Positions 55,801 through 64,000 of a stretch of 64,000 nucleotides of DNA are shown one piece after another. The notes beneath the pieces were generated by a model. It had not been told where the DNA came from and did no database searches. It was given only the letters and a program-made list of their open reading frames with translations. The stretch comes from a virus (Duplodnaviria; Caudoviricetes). The stretch spans positions 1 to 64,000 of IMG/VR virus record IMGVR_UViG_3300046131_000022; one strand, given 5' to 3'. The first letter of the stretch is position 1, and the number at the start of each line of letters is the position of its first letter. Position numbers and translations under genes: made by a program.

Positions 55801-56144
55801 TGTTTAATTCTTCCTCTATGTGTTGCAGGTGTTATGAAAGTTCTGGCAACCTCCCCTGGTAAAGATGTGCTGACAGAACCATTCATAATTGATGCTTCAC
55901 CACCCATAACGTATTTTATTGGTAGATCATCAAAATAACCTTGTCTGAAACTAACACATAAATCTTGAAAATTTAGATCGCCTGTTTCAGATTGAAAAGG
56001 GACTTGACCAACGTTGAAGGATTCTAAACCATCTTTTAAACCGTAAATGGTTCCTTCACCAATCGCTGCAACTAATTCAACCATGTCTTGACTATATAAA
56101 TTATCTGCAGCAATCTTAGGACTTTTTTTACTACTTCCACCCAT
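52899..56144 (-). CDS. Tail tip / central fibre protein (lambda J-like)
   Basis: 1081 aa; GEG.I.GL, YKKGWTNNPFWIL, Y..A.YCDE.V, PRYTFN, FN3-like C-terminal region. Confidence 0.88.
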   Translation of the reverse strand: MGGSSKKSPKIAADNLYSQDMVELVAAIGEGTIYGLKDGLESFNVGQVPFQSETGDLNFQDLCVSFRQGYFDDLPIKYVMGGEASIMNGSVSTSLPGEVARTFITPATHRGRIKQIDIRLLVSLLYAGDSKGNSSTSSLLLSVKYRKVGTTDWIVVNETTASLYRNKALLETLRQEAFRRGLDFDSMSEVDKKSFAEEVLTDSQIISSADQLTNNYIPSYTGSGYGLSGLQGMSVQHVAAQKYAQAVKDQLSQNQEIQDAYNAGALRIEGKTTAGYLYELTIPIFDKEGDTHDWEIQIMRLSKELTSEEKKFSNKEITLESLALITDNEKTYRKTALCHIVAQHTDRFDNIPDFSGEFYGLICEIPSNYNPFEHTYDETTPWDGTYKKGWTNNPFWILRELIMNQDWGLRSVERRVQIDNSNFYKLAKYCDEKVPTVKTGEVSPRYTFNEVVQQKQKIKDYINYVAGAAHTTLREINGVYFGFMDKPNTPYFFVTPEMITQPNFQYSSADLESKYNQVSVTFLNSENNYDQDRRTIVDNESINKYGVIPYEFQAIGCTNVSEAIRQGVYNLLTNRDEDIFTTFQCPRLGHLVNIYDHFYIAHKENGWGNHARIKSFDSVLNKIHLRDQVFKEQNYIVMFHTPFGIAEVGVYSEDEYTLNITQVTEFIEYLVNNTPIVIKGGVYGQPKVFRVLGMVQDDTTGPSGGEVFEFKAAIVSEKKFEAVDNINNPELVNLQYNIEDVLYKREPAPSSVENVRLRYKDWASYNGQLVYQLNFTANVEAYYYDVVWQDDSTGEQRNKRLFSLGGELFPAFDRETKKISLFITPYNRKGEAGETKYIRDIVPYNEADSKLPILQGITSEGGNIKVSWSAETSDMFEYKFKYFSYSTPVENVNNIKLTPDTNQFFVPNHGKGKYLFQLVYDRDGSGVRASSEVWNYTSNIEANYIQPQLTKIISSNKDSSGQVLPPEPIVPPATEPVVKGYVQINVTQPDWETNIDLNSLTNPFGVRFETAVGSNNFEFIQNSFYVVRESKTTARIIVTNPRIVGTKIQVRAQNQWGTTFSPWSEITVPPLGSENINYNPN

Positions 56145-56145
56145 T

Positions 56146-56949
56146 TTAAAACTCCAAACCTGTTCTGTTTAATTCATTATCTACCTGCAGCAATTTAGTC
56201 TCATCACCTGCCTGATAAACACCATAAAACTTTTTCAAATTAACACTTGGCATGTGTTCATCGACTTTTTCTTTGAAATATGGTGATGTGTCTGGTTGAT
56301 CTACACCATCGTAATTTCTAGCGTCAACATTAAAACTCACTAAATGGAAATAAGCTTTGTGAAGTCCAAAGATCATTTGAATAGGTGTGCCCAATTCAGT
56401 TGTGGTATTTGTGCCGAACTTTCTTGAACTCTTATTTCCTTCAGCATCCTTTGGTTTTGGAGCCAACAATTGCATTAAACCTGTGAGCACTAAAGAAACA
56501 CCTATGGACATAGCCATTTGTGCAGCAAAAGCACCATAAGAGAAGCTACCTGCTGTTGCTGCTGCTCCACCTGCTGCTGCTCCACCTGCTACGGCTGCAC
56601 CTTGACCTGCTAAATAGTATTGTTGTGTGATTACTGCAGCAACAATGATAACAACACCGATGACGACATTGACAAGACCGTTGTCGCTGCCACTGCCTGA
56701 ATAAACACTTTGCTGTAGATCAATTTTATCTGCAGGGATGATTTCAAAAGTTTTATTTCTTACAGTGGTATCACCTAATAAAGACAAACTTTTTGATTGC
56801 TTGATTCTCACAGCTATGGGTTTAATTTTACCTACCAATGGATGGTTTTCAGCCAATAATTTTAAAGCGTCTAGTGGAGTAGACGCTTTAATCTGATATT
56901 CTTTTTGAGGGAATAAATCCAACAATGAATCATCAAAAACGATTTTCAT
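56146..56949 (-). CDS. Tail assembly protein (lambda I-like)
   Basis: Gly/Ala-rich hydrophobic segment, G.PI..IFG, directly upstream of J. Confidence 0.75.
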   Translation of the reverse strand: MKIVFDDSLLDLFPQKEYQIKASTPLDALKLLAENHPLVGKIKPIAVRIKQSKSLSLLGDTTVRNKTFEIIPADKIDLQQSVYSGSGSDNGLVNVVIGVVIIVAAVITQQYYLAGQGAAVAGGAAAGGAAATAGSFSYGAFAAQMAMSIGVSLVLTGLMQLLAPKPKDAEGNKSSRKFGTNTTTELGTPIQMIFGLHKAYFHLVSFNVDARNYDGVDQPDTSPYFKEKVDEHMPSVNLKKFYGVYQAGDETKLLQVDNELNRTGLEF

Positions 56950-56951
56950 AT

Positions 56952-57257
56952 TTACTCTCGTTTAAATACTAAATTTTCTCGAACATAATATTCTGAGAAA
57001 GAGTCCTTGATATATATTCTATGAATAAAATCTGGAAATTGTAAGAACTTAATATAATCTTCCGTACTTAAATTTTCATCGTTGTTGGGGTGACTGTGCC
57101 AGAAACCTACCACGTTGTTTGGTAGATTTTCTATGTTGAAAGAAAAATCTCTTTTTGGATCTGCAGCTAAATTTTCAACCTCAACAGTTGAACCGTCGTT
57201 AAGAATAAAACCACAAAGTTCTTTATGGGGATGCCAATTATTCAACATATTTTTCAA
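56952..57257 (-). CDS. JAB/Mov34 domain tail protein (lambda K N-domain-like)
   Basis: ELCGFI...WHSHP...S.ED. Confidence 0.8.
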   Translation of the reverse strand: MKNMLNNWHPHKELCGFILNDGSTVEVENLAADPKRDFSFNIENLPNNVVGFWHSHPNNDENLSTEDYIKFLQFPDFIHRIYIKDSFSEYYVRENLVFKRE

Positions 57258-57711
57258 CCTTTAAATAATCAGGAATAACATCTAAAATATTGAGCTTTTC
57301 CTTGGTCACAGGAACATCAACATGGTAAACAGCCATATATAATCGTCTCAACCATCTTTGATCTAAATTTTCCTCTCTTGGTTGAGCGTCAAACATCTGG
57401 TGCAAAAATAAGTTGTTTCCTAAATAAACCCCAACATGGTTGACTAACTCAGCTCCAGCAACTCGAAAAGCTAAAATATCCCCTTCCTTAAAATCAGTAG
57501 GACATAAACCACGTTCTTTAAATTCAGGTTGAGCCACTATTCGAGCATACAAATTAATCCTTGGATCATAAAAATTTCGAGGTCTTGCATAATTTGGTAA
57601 AAGAATACCAAAAGCGTTTTTATACAGGTCCCGAACTAAGCCAAAGCAATCGTCAGAACCCATTTTGTAATTTCTGGCAAGCAAATCTTTGTATAGTTGG
57701 TAATTAATCAT
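57238..57711 (-). CDS. NlpC/P60 tail protein (lambda K C-domain-like)
   Basis: DCFGLVRD...HVGVYLG..LFLH. Confidence 0.85.
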   Translation of the reverse strand: MINYQLYKDLLARNYKMGSDDCFGLVRDLYKNAFGILLPNYARPRNFYDPRINLYARIVAQPEFKERGLCPTDFKEGDILAFRVAGAELVNHVGVYLGNNLFLHQMFDAQPREENLDQRWLRRLYMAVYHVDVPVTKEKLNILDVIPDYLKVEKYVE

Positions 57712-58187
57712 GAGTTCACGCTCGAAAATTCTGGAGCATAATAAGCTCTAGGTGGTATTGTTGTGTTTGGGCAATCTGAAATAGCTCGTAACCTTAAAGT
57801 TATTTTAGTGCTAATTCCACTGACTTGATAAACTTGCCAAACAGAGGTTGCCAAAAGTAAACCATCTAAACCATTTTCTGTTTCAAATTGCATTTCATAG
57901 TGTGTGATTAAAGCGTAATCTAGGTTTTTCCCTAATAAGTATTGATTAAACATAAAATTAGGGTTCTCAAACTCAAACATAGGTCTGACATATTCATTGT
58001 TAAATGTTTGAGAATTCCCTGAAATGGCACAAGACATGAAAGTGTATTCATCACCTAAAAAGTCCTGAACGGTGAAGGAATCACACATGTAAATTTCTTT
58101 TTGATCGACTGTAACAATCTTGAATAGATTAACTTTTCTAATCTGTTCAAGATCCGTTACGTTGACTAAATCAAGCTTTTGGCTCAT
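57708..58187 (-). CDS. Minor tail protein (lambda L-like)
   Basis: IP.R.Y..PEF C-terminus; position between Dit and K; likely start ATG 58187 (track start 58226). Confidence 0.7.
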   Translation of the reverse strand: MSQKLDLVNVTDLEQIRKVNLFKIVTVDQKEIYMCDSFTVQDFLGDEYTFMSCAISGNSQTFNNEYVRPMFEFENPNFMFNQYLLGKNLDYALITHYEMQFETENGLDGLLLATSVWQVYQVSGISTKITLRLRAISDCPNTTIPPRAYYAPEFSSVNS

Positions 58188-59079
58188 AAACTGTTTCATC
58201 CTCATGAGTTTTGTATGGTGTTTCAACCAAAACTAATTCTATTTTAGAAATTATACCTGTATTACCCTCCACCTTGGAAATACCTATAGGTTCTTTAAAA
58301 CGAACAGGAATAATTTCCCCCAAATAATCAAAATCAAATTTTTTACTTAGTCTATGTTTTAAGTAGAACAATTCCAATAAAGCCATATTCTGCTCTGGAC
58401 AATGGCTTATAACTATTTTATCTTTAGAATCAAAGACATATTTCAAACCACTACAAGTTAATTTGAATGTTCGTATGTCCCTACCTATTTTTTTAAATGA
58501 TAAAGTATAGTTATTTCCCAAAGGGATTAGATTTGAGCTGTCAGGATAATCAATTTCAACGTCAAAATATTCCAATGGGAAAGGCAAATCCCCATCCAGA
58601 TTTTCACCTTTTTGAAAAGTAAAATCAGTAGTAACCACTTCTTGAAGTTCCAAGGTGAACCCTTCAACGATTCCTTTCCCTCCCTGTTTTTTCAAAGGCA
58701 AGGTCAAGGCTTTTGCAAATCTAACAACTAAATCACCATAAATAGGGTGTTCGTAAATAAAAGGTTTGTGACTTTTATGTTTTAAATAAAATTTCTGCAG
58801 TTCCCTAAAATCAAGCTCTGGTCTATAAGCTAAACCAGTGTATTTTGCATAATCTGTTTCCTGTAACATCAACATGGGAAATTCCAAGCTGAATAATCTG
58901 ACAGGTTTTATAGTTTTGTAAGGTACATAGGTTTGAGTTCCTTCTAAACCTACGGAAGCATGAACAAATGGTTCAATATATTTAGTACCAAAGTTGTGAT
59001 AGTTCCATATAAAACGATCCATAGAAGGGTCTGTAATGACCCTTCTTGTGAAACGTTGAGTGTAGTCGAAAGCACTCAT
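58171..59079 (-). CDS. Distal tail protein (two M/Dit-like repeats)
   Basis: 302 aa after tape measure; repeated FY..H...K.F...VRF..P unit. Confidence 0.7.
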   Translation of the reverse strand: MSAFDYTQRFTRRVITDPSMDRFIWNYHNFGTKYIEPFVHASVGLEGTQTYVPYKTIKPVRLFSLEFPMLMLQETDYAKYTGLAYRPELDFRELQKFYLKHKSHKPFIYEHPIYGDLVVRFAKALTLPLKKQGGKGIVEGFTLELQEVVTTDFTFQKGENLDGDLPFPLEYFDVEIDYPDSSNLIPLGNNYTLSFKKIGRDIRTFKLTCSGLKYVFDSKDKIVISHCPEQNMALLELFYLKHRLSKKFDFDYLGEIIPVRFKEPIGISKVEGNTGIISKIELVLVETPYKTHEDETVYEPKA

Positions 59080-62000
59080 TCAGCATTCACCTGTTTAATT
59101 AATTGTTTGAGTTCACCATTTCTAGCAATATTATCAGAAACAGCAACAACAATGTCGTTTGCCCCAATAGTGCTTGGAACTGCCGACGGTGCAACCATAT
59201 AAATGTTACTTTGAACTGATTTGTTAATTTGAGGTCTATTCCCTAAATTAGTTCCTTTGATTGCATCCATTACACCATTAGGGTCGTCTTTCAATTTATT
59301 CAAGAAACTTCTACCCACAACCTCAGTAGATTTAGTTGGTAAATAATATTCACCAGGCATGGACATAATAGGTACAGAGTCTTTGTTTGGAATACCTCCA
59401 ATAACTTCACCACCTTCTGCCATAGGAATAAACCCTCCTTGGTTATTTATTACAGACTGAGAAGTTATTCCTGAATCATTCCAACCTGCACCAAGTCCTT
59501 GTGTAGTTGCACCAGAACTTTGAACCCCTGCAGCTTGAGCACCACCTGAACCTAAACCACCGTACCATCCTGTGAAAGCTCCAACACCTGCTTGAACAAG
59601 AGCAGACAAACCAACGTTCCACCACTGGGAACCATTGTTGGCTGACGAAGCGTTCTGTCCCATCATTTGACCACTTAAAGCAGCACTACTTGAAGTTGGT
59701 GCACCTCCAAATATAAACCCAACCATCATATCAACAAATTTATTCACCATTCTATTTTGAACAACTTTAGCAATGGTTGAGATAATGTCGTAACCAAAAG
59801 CTTTGAAGGCTTCACGAGATTCACTTGAACCGCCTGTGATAATTTTAAAGAAGTCATCCACATTATCACTGGCTGAAATCGCTGTGTTGATTAGGTTATT
59901 GAATGCTGAGTTAATTCCGCCAATTGTTGTTTGAATATCCCGTTCATATCCTGCAGCCGACTTATCCATTCTCACAGCTTCACCACTGATACTTTTAAAG
60001 GTATCTGCCATGTTATAGCGATCAGCCGTATTGTCTGCAGCTTTAGCACTTAACTCATTATCAAGGTTTCTAGCTGTTTCCTGAAGTTTTAACAAATCAG
60101 TTTTGTGCTTCTGAATATCTCGACTCACTTTATCCATTTCTTTTTGTTGAGCTGTTTTCATCATTGAAAGTTCATCAGCAGAAAGATTTGAATCTAAATT
60201 TAAATTTTGTTGAAGTTCAAATTCTTTAAATTTAATTTCTGATTCAGAAATTTTATCTTGAATTTTTTGAATTTGCTGTAGGGTAATATCTCTCTCAGCC
60301 ATGATATAGTTTTGATTAACTTCATCCACTCGGCTGCTTTGAGTTTGAATAGCTAAATCTAAATCTTTACGCTCAGCATCCGTAAACTGATTTTTAAATC
60401 TAGGATCGTCCATAGCTGTTCTGCGATTTCGCATATCCGTAATGCCTAACTCATCTTCAATTTTCCAAGTTGACTGTTGTTTATTGAAGGCATTAATTGT
60501 TAAAGCATCTTGGAAAGGCTCATCCAAAGCTTGCATTTCAGACTTAAAATCATCAACGAATTGTTTATTTTGATCTTTAACCATATCTGCGAAAGCTTTG
60601 GCAGACTCCTTCAATCTAGCTTTTCTCTTTGTATCTAAATCCTTGTTTATGCTTGACAACTCTCTGTCTAAACGAATTTGAGCTACAGCAGCAATGGATT
60701 TTGAAATAACAAAATCTGTAGAGTTAGCCCCATAATCGGCAGCTTGGAGTTGTTCCATTTCCACCTTTATTCTTGCTTGGTCTTGTTTAAGTTGTTTTGA
60801 TTTAGCACTAAGTTCATCTTGTTTTTTATTAAAAGCTTTTAAATTCCCATCGGTTTGTGGGTCAAACTTATCTTTTAATTGTGCGTCAACTTCAACAATT
60901 TGGTTTTGAAGTAACTCACTCTGTAGGGTCAATCTTTCTAGGCTTTCTTTACGAACCTGATCTTGTTCCGCACGAGCAGACCTTAATGTATTGTTGACAG
61001 AAGCACTTACATCAGCCATTTTTTTTGAAATTGCTTTTTCATGTGCGATTAATTCTTTATATTTCTCCTTTTGATCATCAGTCATTTTATTTACGTCTTT
61101 AGGAAGCTGATTCAATTGAGCCACAACCTCATCATGATAAGACTTCAAAATTTGGCTTTGTGTCACATTTTCAGCAACCTGCTCTGGTAATTTATTTTGT
61201 TGAAGAACAACATTACCGAAGCTACCTTTCTGTATAGCATTAACTGTAGAAAAGATTCCTTTTGTGTAAGAATTAGCTTCACCAGATCTTTTGTTTGAAC
61301 CATTTTTTTGTTCTTTTTGCCAATTACCTAGTCCCATATAGTATGCTCTTGAAGCACTGTATAAAGTACCATCGGTTGAATCCATCATTTTTTTTAAATA
61401 TTTAGCACCTGCTAAAATATTATCTTTGTAACTACTTGATATTGTTGAGTAATTTGAACCAACATCTAGTGCTGCCCCTCTAGTGACCTGCATTAAACCT
61501 ACTGCACTTGTGGTTGAGCCGTCGGGGTTTTTTCCTAATAAGCCTTTATCCTTACTTATTCCTGATTCTTGAGCCATGTGTGCAATAATATATTCAGGCG
61601 GTAAACCTGTTTGTGCTGCAGCTTCATTCACAAAACCCATTAGGTCTTCACGTAAAAAACGTAAATTTTCAGAGCTTACAGCTTTAGCTTTTGTTGGATC
61701 AACAACAGATAAAGCTTTACCCCATTTAACCTTATATTGTTGTTGTAAAGAACCATCTAATAATTGTTGGTTTAAAGTGTTTTCATAACCTTGTGATCTC
61801 GCTTGATTATCCGTACTTTCCGCTTGAAGCAATGGTCCAGAGATTGAGTTTAGATATGTTTGAATATCTTGAACAGTTTTAGCCAAGTTGGTTACGCTGT
61901 CTGCAGAAACCCTAGCGTTCGCTCTGGCATCTAAAGCAACTTTTGTATTGTTGGCTGCTTTTAAATAACCGTCACGAGCTTTATTCAAATTAGTCAACAA

Positions 62001-64000
62001 TAGGTTGGCTGTTTTAAGCCACTCTGGGGCTTTACGCATAACCTCATCAGAAGCTTGTGGGGTCATTAAATCAGCGTGTAAATTTTCCAACATTTTATTC
62101 ATGTCGGTTCCAGACGCACCACCTTTGTTAAATTTAGCTACTTCATTAAAAACATCTAAACTTGTTGCTTGATTGTTGAAAGCACCCATTAAAGTAAAAA
62201 ACTCTGTAGCAGCATCCCCACTGGGGTTTTGTGGGGCTAAACCACTTTGTTTTTTTAAATTATAAGCATCATAAATTAAACCATAACCGCCTTTGTTTGC
62301 CCCACTGATAGAGGTTGGTAAATTTTTTCGTGCTTCTTCAGCCCTCATTTGAGCTGTTAAAGCTGATAAATTTCTTAGTTCAGAAACTTGGCGATCCAGA
62401 TTCATTTCTAACTCTTTACCAAGTTCTACTCTAAGTTCTTGCCAACCTTTTTTAACAGAGTCGATGCTTCCTGTTAGGTCTGTTTCGAGGGTTACGCCAA
62501 GTTCCATTGCTTTCGTTCTGAGATTACTCATTTCAACGGCTAACGCTGCTGGATCATCTTTGATATTTTCAAAACGAGATTCTAAAGAAGTTAACTTGTT
62601 GGTTACTTCGGTAATTGCTCCCTGCAAACTTGTTGACCCATCTTTTAAATTATTTAAAGAGGTTTTACTGTCTTCAACAGCTATTTTTAAATCTTGATTA
62701 GATTTTTTAAATAATTGGAATCCTAAAATAGCTGCAGAAATAACAACTGATAGACCCATAATAATTGGGTTCGTTAAAGCTATGGCTGCTGAACCTGCTC
62801 GTATGGCTGTTACTAAACCTGCAATAGCCCCAACCATACCTCTGACAAGTATAGTTGCTCCCCCTAATGCAACACCCATTGTTGTTGTTTGAATAGTGAA
62901 CCGAACAACACCATTGTTTGTTGCGTCAACTAAAATGGTTGTAACATCACCTACAACATTGAATAAGTCAGTTAGTGATTGTCTAACACCACCCCCTGCT
63001 ACTTCTGCCAGAGCTTTAAATTGGTTAAACATTCGGTCAGTTTGAGCACCTAACGAGTTCATTTGAATCTCATTGGCTTCCATAGCTGCAGTGTTATTGT
63101 CCAAGTTAGCTGATAAGTTATCGTAGGTATCTAAATTATTTGCCAAGGCGGTGTAGAAAGCCACTGATCGAACTTCAAAGGATTCATAAGCGTCTGCGGT
63201 GCTAAATCCAGCTTCTTTTAATTTTTTAAGCGATCCAACTAAACCATTTGTTCTAACATCAATATCAGCCGTGGTTAAACCTAAACGAGATAGAATTTTT
63301 TCAAATTTAGCCGACGGTGCAATTAAATCAGTTAATAATTGTCTAAAGCCAGTACCTAATGTTGAACCTGAACGGACACCTGCGTTTGCCACTGTTGACA
63401 CAGAAGCCAATAATTCTTCAAAATTTAAACCTGCGTCTGAAGCTGCGTTACCTGCATATTGAACAGCTAATTGGAATTTTTGAATATCCAATTTAGATAA
63501 GTTCATTGCTTGTGTAATTTGGTTCACAATTCTCGGCATATTGTCTGCAGATAATTGGAATGCCCCCAAAGAAGCTGTCGCAATATCTACAGTTTCTTTT
63601 AAAGAAGATCCTGTCGCTGTAGCCAATAAGGTTACTGATTCCAAGGTCTTCTGAATTTCAGCTAAAGAGAAACCTGCCTGAGCTAAAGTGGTTGCTGCTT
63701 CAGTAATTTCAATCGCTGTAAATCTTGAGTTTTCACCCACCTCTAAAATAGAATTTTTCAAACCTTGCATTTGAGTATCTGTGGCTTGAGAAATGGCTTG
63801 GGTTTGTTTTAAAGCAACCTCAAAATCACGCAAAAAAGCATAACTTCCAGTGATGGAACCCATGAATGCGCCCCACAACATGTAGTTACGCATTAACAAA
63901 CCCTGCATACCTAATAATGCACCACTTGATTCACCAGTGTTCATTTGATTTAAGCGATCAACGAAACTATTTGGTCTGTTTGCTCTATTTAATTCGTTAT
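59076..64000 (-). CDS. Tape measure protein with lytic transglycosylase (SLT) domain; 5' end outside window
   Basis: More than 1622 aa; TP901-type core (E..TTLAQAGFS...LATATG); SLT motifs QESG, VGLMQV, NILAGAKYL, AYYMG. Confidence 0.92.
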   Translation of the reverse strand, partial: NELNRANRPNSFVDRLNQMNTGESSGALLGMQGLLMRNYMLWGAFMGSITGSYAFLRDFEVALKQTQAISQATDTQMQGLKNSILEVGENSRFTAIEITEAATTLAQAGFSLAEIQKTLESVTLLATATGSSLKETVDIATASLGAFQLSADNMPRIVNQITQAMNLSKLDIQKFQLAVQYAGNAASDAGLNFEELLASVSTVANAGVRSGSTLGTGFRQLLTDLIAPSAKFEKILSRLGLTTADIDVRTNGLVGSLKKLKEAGFSTADAYESFEVRSVAFYTALANNLDTYDNLSANLDNNTAAMEANEIQMNSLGAQTDRMFNQFKALAEVAGGGVRQSLTDLFNVVGDVTTILVDATNNGVVRFTIQTTTMGVALGGATILVRGMVGAIAGLVTAIRAGSAAIALTNPIIMGLSVVISAAILGFQLFKKSNQDLKIAVEDSKTSLNNLKDGSTSLQGAITEVTNKLTSLESRFENIKDDPAALAVEMSNLRTKAMELGVTLETDLTGSIDSVKKGWQELRVELGKELEMNLDRQVSELRNLSALTAQMRAEEARKNLPTSISGANKGGYGLIYDAYNLKKQSGLAPQNPSGDAATEFFTLMGAFNNQATSLDVFNEVAKFNKGGASGTDMNKMLENLHADLMTPQASDEVMRKAPEWLKTANLLLTNLNKARDGYLKAANNTKVALDARANARVSADSVTNLAKTVQDIQTYLNSISGPLLQAESTDNQARSQGYENTLNQQLLDGSLQQQYKVKWGKALSVVDPTKAKAVSSENLRFLREDLMGFVNEAAAQTGLPPEYIIAHMAQESGISKDKGLLGKNPDGSTTSAVGLMQVTRGAALDVGSNYSTISSSYKDNILAGAKYLKKMMDSTDGTLYSASRAYYMGLGNWQKEQKNGSNKRSGEANSYTKGIFSTVNAIQKGSFGNVVLQQNKLPEQVAENVTQSQILKSYHDEVVAQLNQLPKDVNKMTDDQKEKYKELIAHEKAISKKMADVSASVNNTLRSARAEQDQVRKESLERLTLQSELLQNQIVEVDAQLKDKFDPQTDGNLKAFNKKQDELSAKSKQLKQDQARIKVEMEQLQAADYGANSTDFVISKSIAAVAQIRLDRELSSINKDLDTKRKARLKESAKAFADMVKDQNKQFVDDFKSEMQALDEPFQDALTINAFNKQQSTWKIEDELGITDMRNRRTAMDDPRFKNQFTDAERKDLDLAIQTQSSRVDEVNQNYIMAERDITLQQIQKIQDKISESEIKFKEFELQQNLNLDSNLSADELSMMKTAQQKEMDKVSRDIQKHKTDLLKLQETARNLDNELSAKAADNTADRYNMADTFKSISGEAVRMDKSAAGYERDIQTTIGGINSAFNNLINTAISASDNVDDFFKIITGGSSESREAFKAFGYDIISTIAKVVQNRMVNKFVDMMVGFIFGGAPTSSSAALSGQMMGQNASSANNGSQWWNVGLSALVQAGVGAFTGWYGGLGSGGAQAAGVQSSGATTQGLGAGWNDSGITSQSVINNQGGFIPMAEGGEVIGGIPNKDSVPIMSMPGEYYLPTKSTEVVGRSFLNKLKDDPNGVMDAIKGTNLGNRPQINKSVQSNIYMVAPSAVPSTIGANDIVVAVSDNIARNGELKQLIKQVNAE

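Noticed and set aside
56952-57711. Split lambda K (NlpC/P60 and JAB as separate ORFs) as a frameshift or novelty
   Set aside because: Each ORF has its own start and complete domain, in the reverse order to K; separate genes are known in other siphoviruses
189-63462. Many short track ORFs nested in or antisense to long genes (e.g. 893-1075, 2512-2862, 12218-12517, 28407-28685, 44414-44719, 49905-50231, 61576-61788)
   Set aside because: Shadow frames of motif-bearing genes with no SD or recognisable domain
59076-64000. SLT domain in tape measure as a novelty
   Set aside because: Peptidoglycan-degrading domains in tape measure proteins are well known

Overview
This 64 kb window is part of an AT-rich, apparently virulent tailed dsDNA phage (siphovirus-like, lambda-type tail tip). 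No integrase, repressor or CRISPR array is visible. The host is probably Acinetobacter or another Moraxellaceae; this is an inference from the style of the tail-spike and lysis genes, not from a search. Layout: (1) minus-strand packaging genes at the left (GpA-like terminase large subunit, portal, start of a probable head-maturation gene); (2) a plus-strand Prim-Pol/D5 primase-helicase operon; (3) a 7.4-11.1 kb zone with much non-coding DNA, including a ~550-nt promoter-driven hairpin-rich RNA candidate and an array of repeats paired with IHF boxes; (4) about 35 small early/accessory ORFs; (5) replication and nucleotide genes (RNase H, YfdP/YfdQ pair, SNF2-like helicase, 5'-3' exonuclease, PolA, resolvase, DEDD exonuclease, GroES, SbcDC, NTP-PPase, ThyX, NrdAB); (6) a displaced tail spike plus lysis cassette; (7) a 2.2 kb RNA island with 3 intact tRNAs, 2 degenerate tRNAs and several unnamed structured RNAs; (8) the minus-strand tail module (tape measure with lytic transglycosylase, Dit, L, NlpC/P60, JAB, I, J). 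The strongest novelty candidates are the large ncRNA, the tRNA-embedded structured RNAs, a repeated promoter-inside-hairpin switch on the spike, holin and endolysin genes, and the repeat/IHF array. All RNA structures were paired by eye and all protein calls rest on recognised motifs; nothing was folded or searched computationally.
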